The notes under the pieces were generated by a model. It was not told where the DNA came from, did not search any database, and saw nothing but the letters and a program-made list of their open reading frames with translations. Position numbers and translations under genes: made by a program. A DNA stretch of 64,000 bases, taken from positions 1-64,000 of IMG/VR virus record IMGVR_UViG_3300030329_004647, one strand, 5' to 3'. Shown here one piece after another: positions 18,848 through 29,000 of this stretch (within the stretch, counting starts at the first letter, position 1; every line of letters starts with the position of its first letter).

Positions 18848-20386
18848 ATGAAGGGATTAGATAAAATATTATTAGAAGGTAGGGTTGAAGATGCTAAGAA
18901 CTTACTGAACAAAACTTATGACGACATGGATTACGTCGAAGATATTGTTAGTGACTTTGTAGATGGAGACCCATCAGGTAATAACAAATACTTAATGTGG
19001 ATGGCAAAAGCTGTACAGGAGGAATATATGAATATAACCGATATTATAGAGTTGGTTACAGACTATCATAAACTTTTACCCAAAATCACCAATGCTTTAG
19101 CGATAAAAGTATTCGGTGCAGAGGCAGACTCAAACGCGATAGTTTCACCCAAAAGTATAGACTCCTACAAAACAGTAGAAGATTTATATAAAATAGTTGA
19201 TGCCGCGAAACAACTAGAAAGTAGAAAAGAAGTAGCGACCCAAGCAAAATCAGGAGCTAATAAAATATATGAAGATGAAAGATGGTTAGTGGTCAGACCA
19301 GACACTAGAGATGCATCCTGTTATTATGGTGCAGGCACAAAATGGTGTACCGCTATGAAAAATGCTGAACATTTTGATAACTACAATAAAAAAGGAAGAC
19401 TTTATTATTTGATTGATAAAAGTAGAGACCTAGGAAGATATTATAAAGTAGCTTTATACAAAGAGTTCGGTGCGGGGGGAAGAGATGAGTATTGGAATGT
19501 GGGTGAATGGTATGATGAATTAGATGATAGACTAACTAGTGATATGTTAGAGGTAATAGTAGCTTTACTACCTGAAAAGTTAGGTTCCCGTATTCTGCAA
19601 GACTTTAGAAAAGAGGAGGAAGAAAACGTACTATCAAGACCAACAGCACAAGAATTTGGTAAGAAATTTATAACATGGGTTGGAAATAAATACCCAGATG
19701 GGGACTTAATAACGAGTTTAAGTGGTCCATGGGCATTACAAGCATTTGTTCATGAAGGTGAGGAACCTTATATCTCACTGTCCGCAAGAAAATATGAGGG
19801 ATATGTTAATGTGGCTATTTTTGATGATGCTAATCCAGATGAAATAGTTGTAGATTTAAATGTTGAAGCATCTGCACATGAAAGAGAGAATTACTTTGAA
19901 ATGTCCGAGAGCGTAAGATACGGTACCCCTGAATTTGAGAGTAAATTTTGGAGATTCGACCTCAATGACGAGTTTACCGAAAGGAATTTTGAAACGTTCT
20001 ATACTCAGTTAATATATTGGTGGATTAAAAATAAAATTTTAAATAGTGATAAGGTAATAGAAAGAGTGGATTTAGATGAAGTATACTGGCAACAAGGAGG
20101 ACATAGTGGACGAAGTTTAAGATTTCATTATCCACCTCGAAAAGGAACAATGACACAATTATTTACAGATTATGTAATTAATAATCCAGGAAGAACAAGA
20201 CAACAATTTTATCAAGACGTTCTCAAAAAAAATCATACACCAGGTCATAATACTACATTTTTTGGTGGAATAATATCTTCAGGTATTGTAAGAGGAGAAA
20301 GAGGTCCTGGGAGAGGAAGAGGAATGCAATTCTACAAAGGACCTAACTACGATGCGTGGACTCAAGGGAAATTAAAAAGAGTATAG
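18848..20386 (+). CDS. paralogue of 17058 with different C-terminus
   Basis: MKGLDKILLE|G; DPSGNNKYLMW; DASCYYGAGTKWC..YYLIDK..YKVAL. Confidence 0.8.
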   Translation: MKGLDKILLEGRVEDAKNLLNKTYDDMDYVEDIVSDFVDGDPSGNNKYLMWMAKAVQEEYMNITDIIELVTDYHKLLPKITNALAIKVFGAEADSNAIVSPKSIDSYKTVEDLYKIVDAAKQLESRKEVATQAKSGANKIYEDERWLVVRPDTRDASCYYGAGTKWCTAMKNAEHFDNYNKKGRLYYLIDKSRDLGRYYKVALYKEFGAGGRDEYWNVGEWYDELDDRLTSDMLEVIVALLPEKLGSRILQDFRKEEEENVLSRPTAQEFGKKFITWVGNKYPDGDLITSLSGPWALQAFVHEGEEPYISLSARKYEGYVNVAIFDDANPDEIVVDLNVEASAHERENYFEMSESVRYGTPEFESKFWRFDLNDEFTERNFETFYTQLIYWWIKNKILNSDKVIERVDLDEVYWQQGGHSGRSLRFHYPPRKGTMTQLFTDYVINNPGRTRQQFYQDVLKKNHTPGHNTTFFGGIISSGIVRGERGPGRGRGMQFYKGPNYDAWTQGKLKRV

Positions 20387-23300
20387 ATGGGAAATTATGG
20401 TTATTTAAGATACGCACCTGAACTACTAAGAAGAACATTTAGTTATTTAGAATTTTGTTCTGGATGTGTTTTCGAGTCAGATATAGACTATACAACTTTT
20501 AGTGGTACAGCTATGGGTTTATATTCGAGTGGATTTACACCTTGTGATAAACAAGCTATTGATTACACTACTTTTTATATACTAGACCTAGTCAATGCAT
20601 CGATAACAGGTTCTACTTTTGACAATGAGTATTGGACAGGAAATAGTGGTAACATAATAGCTTCATCCACTACCGTTACTAATGTAGGTATTGGTACGGT
20701 TTCTCCTAATACTAAATTAACGGTTAATGGAGTTGTGTCAAGTACTACAAGTATGGCAGCTCACAATTTTGTATCTACGGGTGCCAGTAACCCATCCGCG
20801 GGATACACATTTAACTCACTATATTTAAGATTCCAGACTGCATATACTAGTACTTACATAGGATTCAGTGTTCCAAGTGGTTTTGACACCAACAGTACGA
20901 AAAACACTGTAGTTGGTCATGGAGCTATGGGAAATGCGACTTTAAACACCGCCACTGATAATACTGGTTTGGGGTATAGAACTTTCTATGATATTACTAG
21001 TGGTGATAGAAATGTAGCTATAGGAAAAACAGCTTCATATAATTTGACAAGTGGTGGTGATAATGTACACGTAGGAGCAAACGCTGGGTTCACAAGTAGT
21101 GTGGGTAATTATAATGTATTTATCGGTTCAGCTGCTGGTTATTATAGTGATGGGGTTGGAACCAATGCTAATACAGCTGTTGGTAGGAATGCTATGCTTA
21201 ACAGTAAGGCTGGTAAACACAATACCACTATGGGACACAACTCCATGTATGGAAATGGGGCATTTCCAGGTGGTACAGGTAATACAGCTATGGGAAGTAA
21301 TAGTTTATCCGCTATACGTGATGGTAAGTATAATACCACAATTGGTTTTGATGCGGGAGACTCGATTACTACGGGAAGTGGTAACACTACTTTAGGTGCT
21401 GGGGCAGGTGATAATATAGTAAATGGTTCTCATAATATTGCTATTGGGAGTGGAACTACTATTTTAGACGGTAGTGAAAGTTGGAGACTAAATATAGGTA
21501 ACATAATTTATGGTAGAGATTTATCTAGTATAAATAGTATAAATGCTGTAGGTATAGGAACACAAGACCCTACAAATAGACTACATGTTGTTGGACATGA
21601 AGAAGAAGACAATCCACTACGACTAGAAACACTCAGTACAGGAAGAGGTAATATAGTTGTAGCTGACGCACAAGGAGTTCTATATAAATCTCAAACCAGT
21701 AGTGGTCATACAGCAGGATTCTGGACTGCAGCTACTGGTGTAATATCGAATAGTGGGTTAACTGGTAACAGTGTAGCGGTAGGTACCAACTCACCTAATT
21801 CTTTATTTGAAGTAAAAGACTACATTACGTTTTATACTGGGTCCTCAGAAGCAAACACGTTCATAGGTTATCATAGTGGAATGAACTACAATGACGATAT
21901 GGAAAAAAATGTAGGGATAGGACACCAAGTCATGGCCTTAGCTGCAAAAACAACAGGTATAAATGCACCTCAGGAAAATACAGCTGTTGGATACCACTCT
22001 TTAAAACACATTACACAGGGAAAACTGAATACCGCTATAGGTACAGACTCATTACAAGAGTTAACTACAGGTCAATATAATGTAGGTATAGGTGCAGGAG
22101 CAGGAAGTGGAGTAACCACTCAAGAATACAATATTGCAATAGGTAGTCTGACTTTACGAAACATGGATGGTACAGCAGCAGGAAGACCTGCTCGTCACAA
22201 TATAGCGATTGGACATAATAGTCAAACCTACAACCCTTTAGGTGTTTTTAACACATGTGTTGGTGGTTTTACTTTAGGTAACACATTTGGTAATGCAGGT
22301 GGTAGTGGTAACACTGTAATGGGATATGGTGCTCTAAAAACCCAAGGTGGTAATTATAATGTTGCTATCGGTTTAGAAGTAGGTAGGGCTGTAACTGTGG
22401 GGAGTGGGAATACTCTACTGGGTTATAAAGTAGCGGACAACCTTACAACAGGAAACCATAATATTATAATAGGATACGATATAGACGCGGTTGAGATTGA
22501 TACAGACAACTCATTAAATATAGGAAAAGCAATCTATGGAACAGGAATAGGTTCGTATGGTGCTAAGATAGGGATAAATACCACTACACCTAACATCGTA
22601 GGACTTCAAGTAGCTGGTGATATTAGTGGTAGTACGATTAGTGCCAATACTAGTGTGTACGCTCAAGAAACAATGACAGCTCAAACTATTGCTTCAGTTA
22701 CCACACTATCGGCTATGGGTGACACTCACACACATGGGGACATCTATGTGGACGAAGATAAAAAAATCTATTTCGACTCAACGGACACTTATATATACGC
22801 AAACACTAATACCTTCGAAAATTTATTAATAGGAGCGGATAATAATATAATACTAGAACCAGATAATGACTTAACAATTAAAGTGGGAGGCACACAATAC
22901 GCTAGGTTTTTTGGTGCAGAGAAAAAAGTTAGAATAGGTACCACATCTAGTACATCACCAATAGCAGAATTAGAAGTAGTGGGTACGGTAAGTGCCGACA
23001 CTGCTATAATAAATGATAAAGTGGGTATTGCTACGGGAACTCCTATGACCGCTTTACACGTCGTTAATGATTATGGAAACGGTATCGGTACACCAGATTG
23101 GGGGTTGGACGAGGGTCAAGGTGGTGGAGAAGTTTTAAAATATGGTAGATTTAATAGTGCAATAACGGCAGAAGGACTAATTGTTATGTTAGTTAATAGT
23201 GGTGGTACTTCCGCGTGGTATAAAGCAGATGCTAGAAACCCTGCTGATACTAGAATTGCTCACCTAGTAGGTGTCGCGTTAGATACTTACGATAGTGGTG

Positions 23301-23572
23301 ACGTTAATAAAACAGCTACAGTTTTACTTAGAGGTTTTGTTAGAATTGATAGTACTTTATGGAATGGAACAACAGCTAACAGTAGTAGAGGTTCACAAGT
23401 TTATGTTTCTCCAGACGCTAATGGTGAATGGACTAATGATGTGTCTGATTTTGATACAACTAACGATGTAATGCGTGGAATGGGTAATTTAATTGTAAGA
23501 GACCCTAGTTCACCTAATGATTATTTTATTTGGTTTAATCCAGACCAAAACTATATTAAAATTCAAGCTTAA
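20387..23572 (+). CDS. putative tail fibre / receptor-binding protein with NTAxG beta-helix-type repeats
   Basis: many NxAxG/NTxxG repeats, VGIGTxxP motifs; C-terminal domain paralogous to 35344. Confidence 0.7.
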   Translation: MGNYGYLRYAPELLRRTFSYLEFCSGCVFESDIDYTTFSGTAMGLYSSGFTPCDKQAIDYTTFYILDLVNASITGSTFDNEYWTGNSGNIIASSTTVTNVGIGTVSPNTKLTVNGVVSSTTSMAAHNFVSTGASNPSAGYTFNSLYLRFQTAYTSTYIGFSVPSGFDTNSTKNTVVGHGAMGNATLNTATDNTGLGYRTFYDITSGDRNVAIGKTASYNLTSGGDNVHVGANAGFTSSVGNYNVFIGSAAGYYSDGVGTNANTAVGRNAMLNSKAGKHNTTMGHNSMYGNGAFPGGTGNTAMGSNSLSAIRDGKYNTTIGFDAGDSITTGSGNTTLGAGAGDNIVNGSHNIAIGSGTTILDGSESWRLNIGNIIYGRDLSSINSINAVGIGTQDPTNRLHVVGHEEEDNPLRLETLSTGRGNIVVADAQGVLYKSQTSSGHTAGFWTAATGVISNSGLTGNSVAVGTNSPNSLFEVKDYITFYTGSSEANTFIGYHSGMNYNDDMEKNVGIGHQVMALAAKTTGINAPQENTAVGYHSLKHITQGKLNTAIGTDSLQELTTGQYNVGIGAGAGSGVTTQEYNIAIGSLTLRNMDGTAAGRPARHNIAIGHNSQTYNPLGVFNTCVGGFTLGNTFGNAGGSGNTVMGYGALKTQGGNYNVAIGLEVGRAVTVGSGNTLLGYKVADNLTTGNHNIIIGYDIDAVEIDTDNSLNIGKAIYGTGIGSYGAKIGINTTTPNIVGLQVAGDISGSTISANTSVYAQETMTAQTIASVTTLSAMGDTHTHGDIYVDEDKKIYFDSTDTYIYANTNTFENLLIGADNNIILEPDNDLTIKVGGTQYARFFGAEKKVRIGTTSSTSPIAELEVVGTVSADTAIINDKVGIATGTPMTALHVVNDYGNGIGTPDWGLDEGQGGGEVLKYGRFNSAITAEGLIVMLVNSGGTSAWYKADARNPADTRIAHLVGVALDTYDSGDVNKTATVLLRGFVRIDSTLWNGTTANSSRGSQVYVSPDANGEWTNDVSDFDTTNDVMRGMGNLIVRDPSSPNDYFIWFNPDQNYIKIQA

Positions 23573-23574
23573 TT

Positions 23575-23946
23575 ATGCCAGACATTGAAGATTTAAACTC
23601 AAAAGATTTTTGTGATAATGTTGTTTCAATAAATGGAATGCAACTAGCTAATATCGTTTCTATTAATACGTTATTACAAGATTGTGTAACTTGTGCTGAA
23701 ATCATTCTAGGACCATCTCATTTTAGTTGTGGTAGAGCGTGTGTAGCAGAATGTACTGCACACTACACAGATGGTGATACCGCAGCTAACCTAGTAACGG
23801 GGGACCATATATATGAAAATGAGGAATGTACTTGTCCAGGTAACACAAGTAATATATATTATTCCAATAAATGTGGGGGAAGAAGTGGTGTTTGTTATAC
23901 CATTAATCCGGCGGATTGTGAAATTATTAGTGTAACCTCTTGTTAA
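23575..23946 (+). CDS. Cys-rich fibre partner protein
   Basis: paralogue of 37388 (NGxxLANI, CxTC, TDG, YYSNxCGxRSG). Confidence 0.7.
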   Translation: MPDIEDLNSKDFCDNVVSINGMQLANIVSINTLLQDCVTCAEIILGPSHFSCGRACVAECTAHYTDGDTAANLVTGDHIYENEECTCPGNTSNIYYSNKCGGRSGVCYTINPADCEIISVTSC

Positions 23947-23947
23947 T

Positions 23948-24493
23948 ATGATTATGAAAAGTTATACGTTTTTAGAGGATAAAATATTAGATGAGACAAG
24001 TGCCGAAGTAATGATGTCTTGGGAGACACCTATGATGAAAAAACATGCAGAAGTAGTAACTGAAAATGGTGGTGATATTTTAGAAATAGGTTTTGGGATG
24101 GGAATTTGCTCTGATTTTATCCAACAACACACAATTAATTCACATACTATTATTGAAATACACGACCAAGTATTTGAAAAACTTTTAGAATGGGCAAAAG
24201 ATAAACCTAATGTTATACCAGTTAAAGGGGATTGGTTAAATAGTATACCCCCTAAAAAGTATGATGGTATAATGTTTGATACTTGGAAAGATAATAGGAA
24301 TATTAAATTTAAAAAAATAATACGTAAATACGTTAAAGAAGGAACTATTTTTACATTTTATAATTCTTATCAAAGTGAATGTAATGGATATAATTATGAC
24401 GCAGAATATACGGTCTTAGATGTTGAACCCGATAAACAAGATAAAAAATACTTCACACATAAAAAATATTATTTACCCAAAGTAATTTTTTAA
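23948..24493 (+). CDS. class I SAM methyltransferase, GAMT/Rmt2-like
   Basis: VMMSWETPMMKKHA, GDILEIGFGMGI, HTIIEIH, KGDW, YDGIMFDTW. Confidence 0.85.
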   Translation: MIMKSYTFLEDKILDETSAEVMMSWETPMMKKHAEVVTENGGDILEIGFGMGICSDFIQQHTINSHTIIEIHDQVFEKLLEWAKDKPNVIPVKGDWLNSIPPKKYDGIMFDTWKDNRNIKFKKIIRKYVKEGTIFTFYNSYQSECNGYNYDAEYTVLDVEPDKQDKKYFTHKKYYLPKVIF

Positions 24494-24838
24494 TTATTTC
24501 CAAAAAATTTGAATAGAAACTAAACACACGGATAAGATTAATGAAATCATAGTTTTAGTGTTGATTCCTTCACCTTTTAAAACCCAAGTTAATATAGAAA
24601 AAATAATAATTCCACAGGCAAACGCTATAAATCTTTGAGGCCATAAAAGACCACCAAAACCAGCTACACCTTGTCTAGTCGCCTCTAAAAATATCCAACT
24701 AATAGGTAATCCAAAAAGTATTAAAATCCATTCATATTTTTTAAAAGAGTCCCAAACAAATTGTCCATTTAATTGTAACCAGACCATTGTTTGAGCAACT
24801 AAAAAAATCAATATAGCAAAAAGTATGTTCTTATTCAT
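24494..24838 (-). CDS. 4-TM small membrane protein (DMT/SMR-like topology)
   Basis: four hydrophobic segments in 114 aa. Confidence 0.65.
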   Translation of the reverse strand: MNKNILFAILIFLVAQTMVWLQLNGQFVWDSFKKYEWILILFGLPISWIFLEATRQGVAGFGGLLWPQRFIAFACGIIIFSILTWVLKGEGINTKTMISLILSVCLVSIQIFWK

Positions 24839-24876
24839 GAGTATTCTTATATTTGTTTTAAAAGTGTTAAAAAATT

Positions 24877-25065
24877 ATGAAAATATCAACATATATACTT
24901 GAAAATGATTTAGAAAAACTTTATAAATTCTTAGAGAGGAAAATTACTACTCCCCCTGTCGTGTATTTTAATACTCAAATTTCAGATATAAATTTTACGA
25001 AAGAAGTAGTAAACGTCCATATAAACTACAATGATTATGTCAGAATCAAAGACCAACAAAATTAA
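24877..25065 (+). CDS. hypothetical protein
   Basis: ORF. Confidence 0.5.
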   Translation: MKISTYILENDLEKLYKFLERKITTPPVVYFNTQISDINFTKEVVNVHINYNDYVRIKDQQN

Positions 25066-25297
25066 TTTAATCATAGAGGAAAATCCAGAAGCCCTATTAG
25101 CCGATGGTTTTGATAAAGCGATAATAGGAATGTGCCACCAAGCTGCACAATCTCCTGTTGTAGCATATGATTATGAAAAATGTATAAATATTTTAATGGA
25201 GGATATGTCTAGAAGAGACGCGTTAGAATATATGGAGTTTAATGTAGTAGGTGCATATATGGGACTAAATGGTCCTGTATTTATAAAAGTGTTATGA
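25031..25297 (+). CDS. hypothetical phage protein (LADGFD motif)
   Basis: LLADGFDKAIIG...VVAYDYEKC...EYMEFNVVGAYMG. Confidence 0.7.
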   Translation: MIMSESKTNKINLIIEENPEALLADGFDKAIIGMCHQAAQSPVVAYDYEKCINILMEDMSRRDALEYMEFNVVGAYMGLNGPVFIKVL

Positions 25298-25572
25298 AAA
25301 TAGTTAGTGATAATTTAGAAGAAGCTATAAAATTAATAGAGACTCCTACCCATGAAATGTATCTTCACATATTTGATTCCTTCATTATGTATCATTTTTC
25401 TAAAAACGAAATAGAAGTAACAAAGTTTGTAGTTAAAGAACCTTATTTAGTTATTGATTTTATTATTAATAAAAAAAATTACAAAGCTGTTGGTGAAAAA
25501 TTACTAACTTATTTTGAAAAAACTGAAGAATTTGAATATTGTAAATCTGTTTTCGATATTTTAAAAAACTAA
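25294..25572 (+). CDS. hypothetical protein
   Basis: C-terminal LLTYFEKTEEFEYC resembles LIKHFESLNQYEKC of 41425. Confidence 0.6.
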   Translation: MKIVSDNLEEAIKLIETPTHEMYLHIFDSFIMYHFSKNEIEVTKFVVKEPYLVIDFIINKKNYKAVGEKLLTYFEKTEEFEYCKSVFDILKN

Positions 25573-25578
25573 TCTTCC

Positions 25579-25586
25579 TATTTATA
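25579..25586 (+). promoter_or_regulatory. TATTTATA motif (putative late promoter)
   Basis: upstream of ATG 25599. Confidence 0.45.
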
Positions 25587-25598
25587 TAAAAAATTAAA

Positions 25599-25979
25599 AT
25601 GAAAACAAAAACTGCTGGAATACTTGTAATATGTAAAGAAAACTCAAAACTTTTTTTAGTGAAAAGAGCTCCACATCATTTTTATCATGCCAATGAATGG
25701 TCCATACCATCAGGACATTTAGATGATGGTGAAAAATACAAAGAAGCTGCGATAAGAGAACTTAAAGAAGAGACACAAATAGAAAATGTTGAAGACATAT
25801 CTTTTTTAGGTGCATTAGAAAATGAAGAAAGAAGGTTTGAAATTTTTAAAGGATACGTTCCTAATGAAATCAATCCAGTATTAGACCATGAACACACCGA
25901 TTACGGTTGGTACTCTATATATAATATTCCTTCACCCATGGGACAAAGTTTAAAAAAAGTAATACAAAGAGCTTTGTAA
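25599..25979 (+). CDS. NUDIX hydrolase
   Basis: Nudix box GHLDDGEKYKEAAIRELKEETQI. Confidence 0.92.
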   Translation: MKTKTAGILVICKENSKLFLVKRAPHHFYHANEWSIPSGHLDDGEKYKEAAIRELKEETQIENVEDISFLGALENEERRFEIFKGYVPNEINPVLDHEHTDYGWYSIYNIPSPMGQSLKKVIQRAL

Positions 25980-26022
25980 AAACATAACCACAAAGATAAA
26001 AGTCCGTAAACTTCATTGATGA

Positions 26023-26030
26023 TATTTATC
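26023..26030 (+). promoter_or_regulatory. TATTTATC motif (putative late promoter) heading the envelope operon
   Basis: upstream of ATG 26046. Confidence 0.45.
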
Positions 26031-26045
26031 ATATAAAAGACAGTT

Positions 26046-29000
26046 ATGCGAAATTTTCTATTAATTATATTATGTTTTATATCGTTTGGAGTTGTAGCAC
26101 AGAACGATTCGTGGTTAAACCTACAAATCCAATTTGATAACTATCCTGAAGAATTAGACTGGAAATTATTTCAATTAGACACTTTAGCACCGAACAATAT
26201 TCTTGTCGCAGAGGGCGGACCTTACTACTCAACACCAAACCAACATTTACTTAATGTTTTTATACCTAACTTACATTCTAATGAAACTTACATATTAGAA
26301 GTCCATGACTCATTTGGGGACGGGTTAAGTTGGCCTAATAATGGGTATGTTTATTTGTCTAATATTTGTACGGACACCATATCATATGTGGAGGGAGACT
26401 TTGGTCCTTTTTTTACAGACACATTAACTGTTTCACCATGTAATTCCCCACCATTAGGTTGTCCAGATACATTAGCACTTAACTACGATTCTCTTGCGCA
26501 ATACACAGACATGAGTGTATGTACTTATCCTCCTTGTACTTCAGGTTTAGACACTCTATATGTTGAACCTATATGTGATAATGGGGTTTCAAAATTATAC
26601 TGGCAGTGGTCAGACCAAACAGATACAAATCCTAATTGTGGGATTATCGGTTATTATAGAGGAACAGACCTAAATAACCTCCCTTTTTATCCTTGGCCAA
26701 GTAACTGGCCCCAAGGAGGATTAACAACAACTATTAACCAAACATCACAAGGACAAATGCATTATTTTTATGCGATGTTAGGTGATTCTACTTTAACTGA
26801 CACTCTATCCATAATGCCTATACAATGCATATTAGGATGTACCGACCCTACAGCGATGAATTATAATCCATGGGCAAATGAAGATGACGGTAACTGTCAA
26901 AGCGCACAAGGAAGTTGTAATTACGGAGAAACATGTGTGAGAGTAATAGTAACACCAGATTCTTATGGAGAAGAAACTTATTGGTCACTAACCGATACTA
27001 TTACAGGAACCGTATTAGGTTCTGTGAATCCTGGTTTCTACTCAACACCAGGAGTTCCAGTAACCACTAATGTATGTGCACCTGAAAATTCAGTATTAGA
27101 ATTTACATTAAACGACCAATATGGAGACGGTATGTGTGGAACTTGTTGGGGTGGAATAGATGGTTCGGTGTTAGTAGAAGCTTGTGGTGATACTATAGCA
27201 CACATTGGACCTCCTACACCTATGGATTTTGGAAGTGATACAACGTTTGTTGCGGTTCCAGCACCAGTGTGTACAACAACAGGACCTACAGTAGGTTGTA
27301 TGGACCCAGGTTATGTCGAATACCTCCCAACAGCAACACAACAAAATCCAGGAGATTGTGTAACACCCGTTCAGTTGGGTTGTGTTGACCCAATGGCTTT
27401 TAATTATGACTCCACAGCCAATCAACAACTTATAACACCTAGCTGTACTTATACGTTAAGGTTATTAGATGGTGCTGGTGATGGATGGTTCGGTTCTTGG
27501 ATAGGAATCACACAAGGAGATTCTATTATTGGTGATTTTACTATGACACAAGGAGACACTCTAGACATTCCAATAGTATTAGACGCAATAAAACCAGCAA
27601 AAATATATTTCTTTACACTAGGAAATTCAGTATCAACAGCTAGTCAATGTGGTGTTCAACTAATAAACCCAATGGGACAAGTTACATTTTACGCTGGTTC
27701 TAATCCATGGACAGACCCTATTATTCCATTTCCTTTTATATACACCACAATTCAAGATTGTGGAAACAGTTGTGTACCTACAATTCCAGGATGTATGGAT
27801 TCTACCGCATACAATTATAATCCAGGAGCAAATGTACCAGATACAGTGTTTCCGTGTTTTTACAATCCAGGGTGTATAAGTCCTGCTTATTTAGAATACC
27901 ATACTTATTTAGATTCTGTTGGTGTTGCTCCAGATTTTCTGGACCCATTTTCTTGTCAGAACCTTGCAATTTTTGGTTGTATGGACTCAACTCAATTTAA
28001 TTACGACCAATATGCTACTGTTAATTGGACTTCCGCGACCGATTCATCAGACCCGTGTGTCCCTATGATATATGGTTGTACAGACGCCACAGCTTTAAAT
28101 TATGACCCATTGGCTAATACAGAAAATTATACGTGTATACTACCAATATATGGGTGTACGGATTCAACAGCTTTTAATTTTAACCCATTAGCGAATACAA
28201 ATAATGGAACTTGTATTGCTGTAATAGAAGGGTGTACTGACCCTACAGCTATGAATTATAATCCTAACGCTAATACAGATGATTTTAGTTGTATAGCTTA
28301 CATTTACGGTTGTACCGACTCCACGATGTGGAATTATAATCCATTAGCAAACACAGATAACGGAACCTGTGAACCTTTTGTTTATGGTTGTACGGATGTT
28401 ATAGCAGCTAACTTTGACCCATTAGCAAACACAAATAACAATACATGTTATTATAATCCAGGTTGTACCGACCCACTTTATGTAGAATTTTATAATCAAG
28501 GATTTACCGCTGACTTTGACGATGGTAGTTGTTTGACCCTAGTTGTATATGGTTGTACCGATAACACTATGTTTAATTATGACCCAACCGCAAATGTAGA
28601 TAATGGTAGTTGTGAACCTTTTGTGTATGGGTGTATAGACTCTACTATGTTTAACTATGACCCATTAGCTAACACGGATAATGGTACGTGTGTACCTTTT
28701 ATTTACGGGTGTATGGACGCCACAATGTTTAATTACGACCCATTAGCCAATACAAATCAAGTGAGTGAAACAGATATCTCCAACCCATGTATACCAATTA
28801 TATATGGATGTACCGACTCAACAGCATTTAATTATGACCCTTATGCAAATACAGATAACGGAACTTGTGAAGCAGTGGTATACGGATGTACAGATGAATA
28901 CGATTTTCCAGCATACCTAGATTCAACTTATATAAATTATTTACCAGGATTTTCAACGGTTACCACTTACAATGTTGATGTCACAGCAAATACAGACGAC

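Noticed and set aside
27760-28900. Regularly spaced DNA repeats (GGTTGTAC..GAC / AATTATGACCC) that look like a CRISPR array
   Set aside because: They are in-frame coding repeats of the T9SS protein with synonymous variation; there are no identical direct repeats and no cas genes
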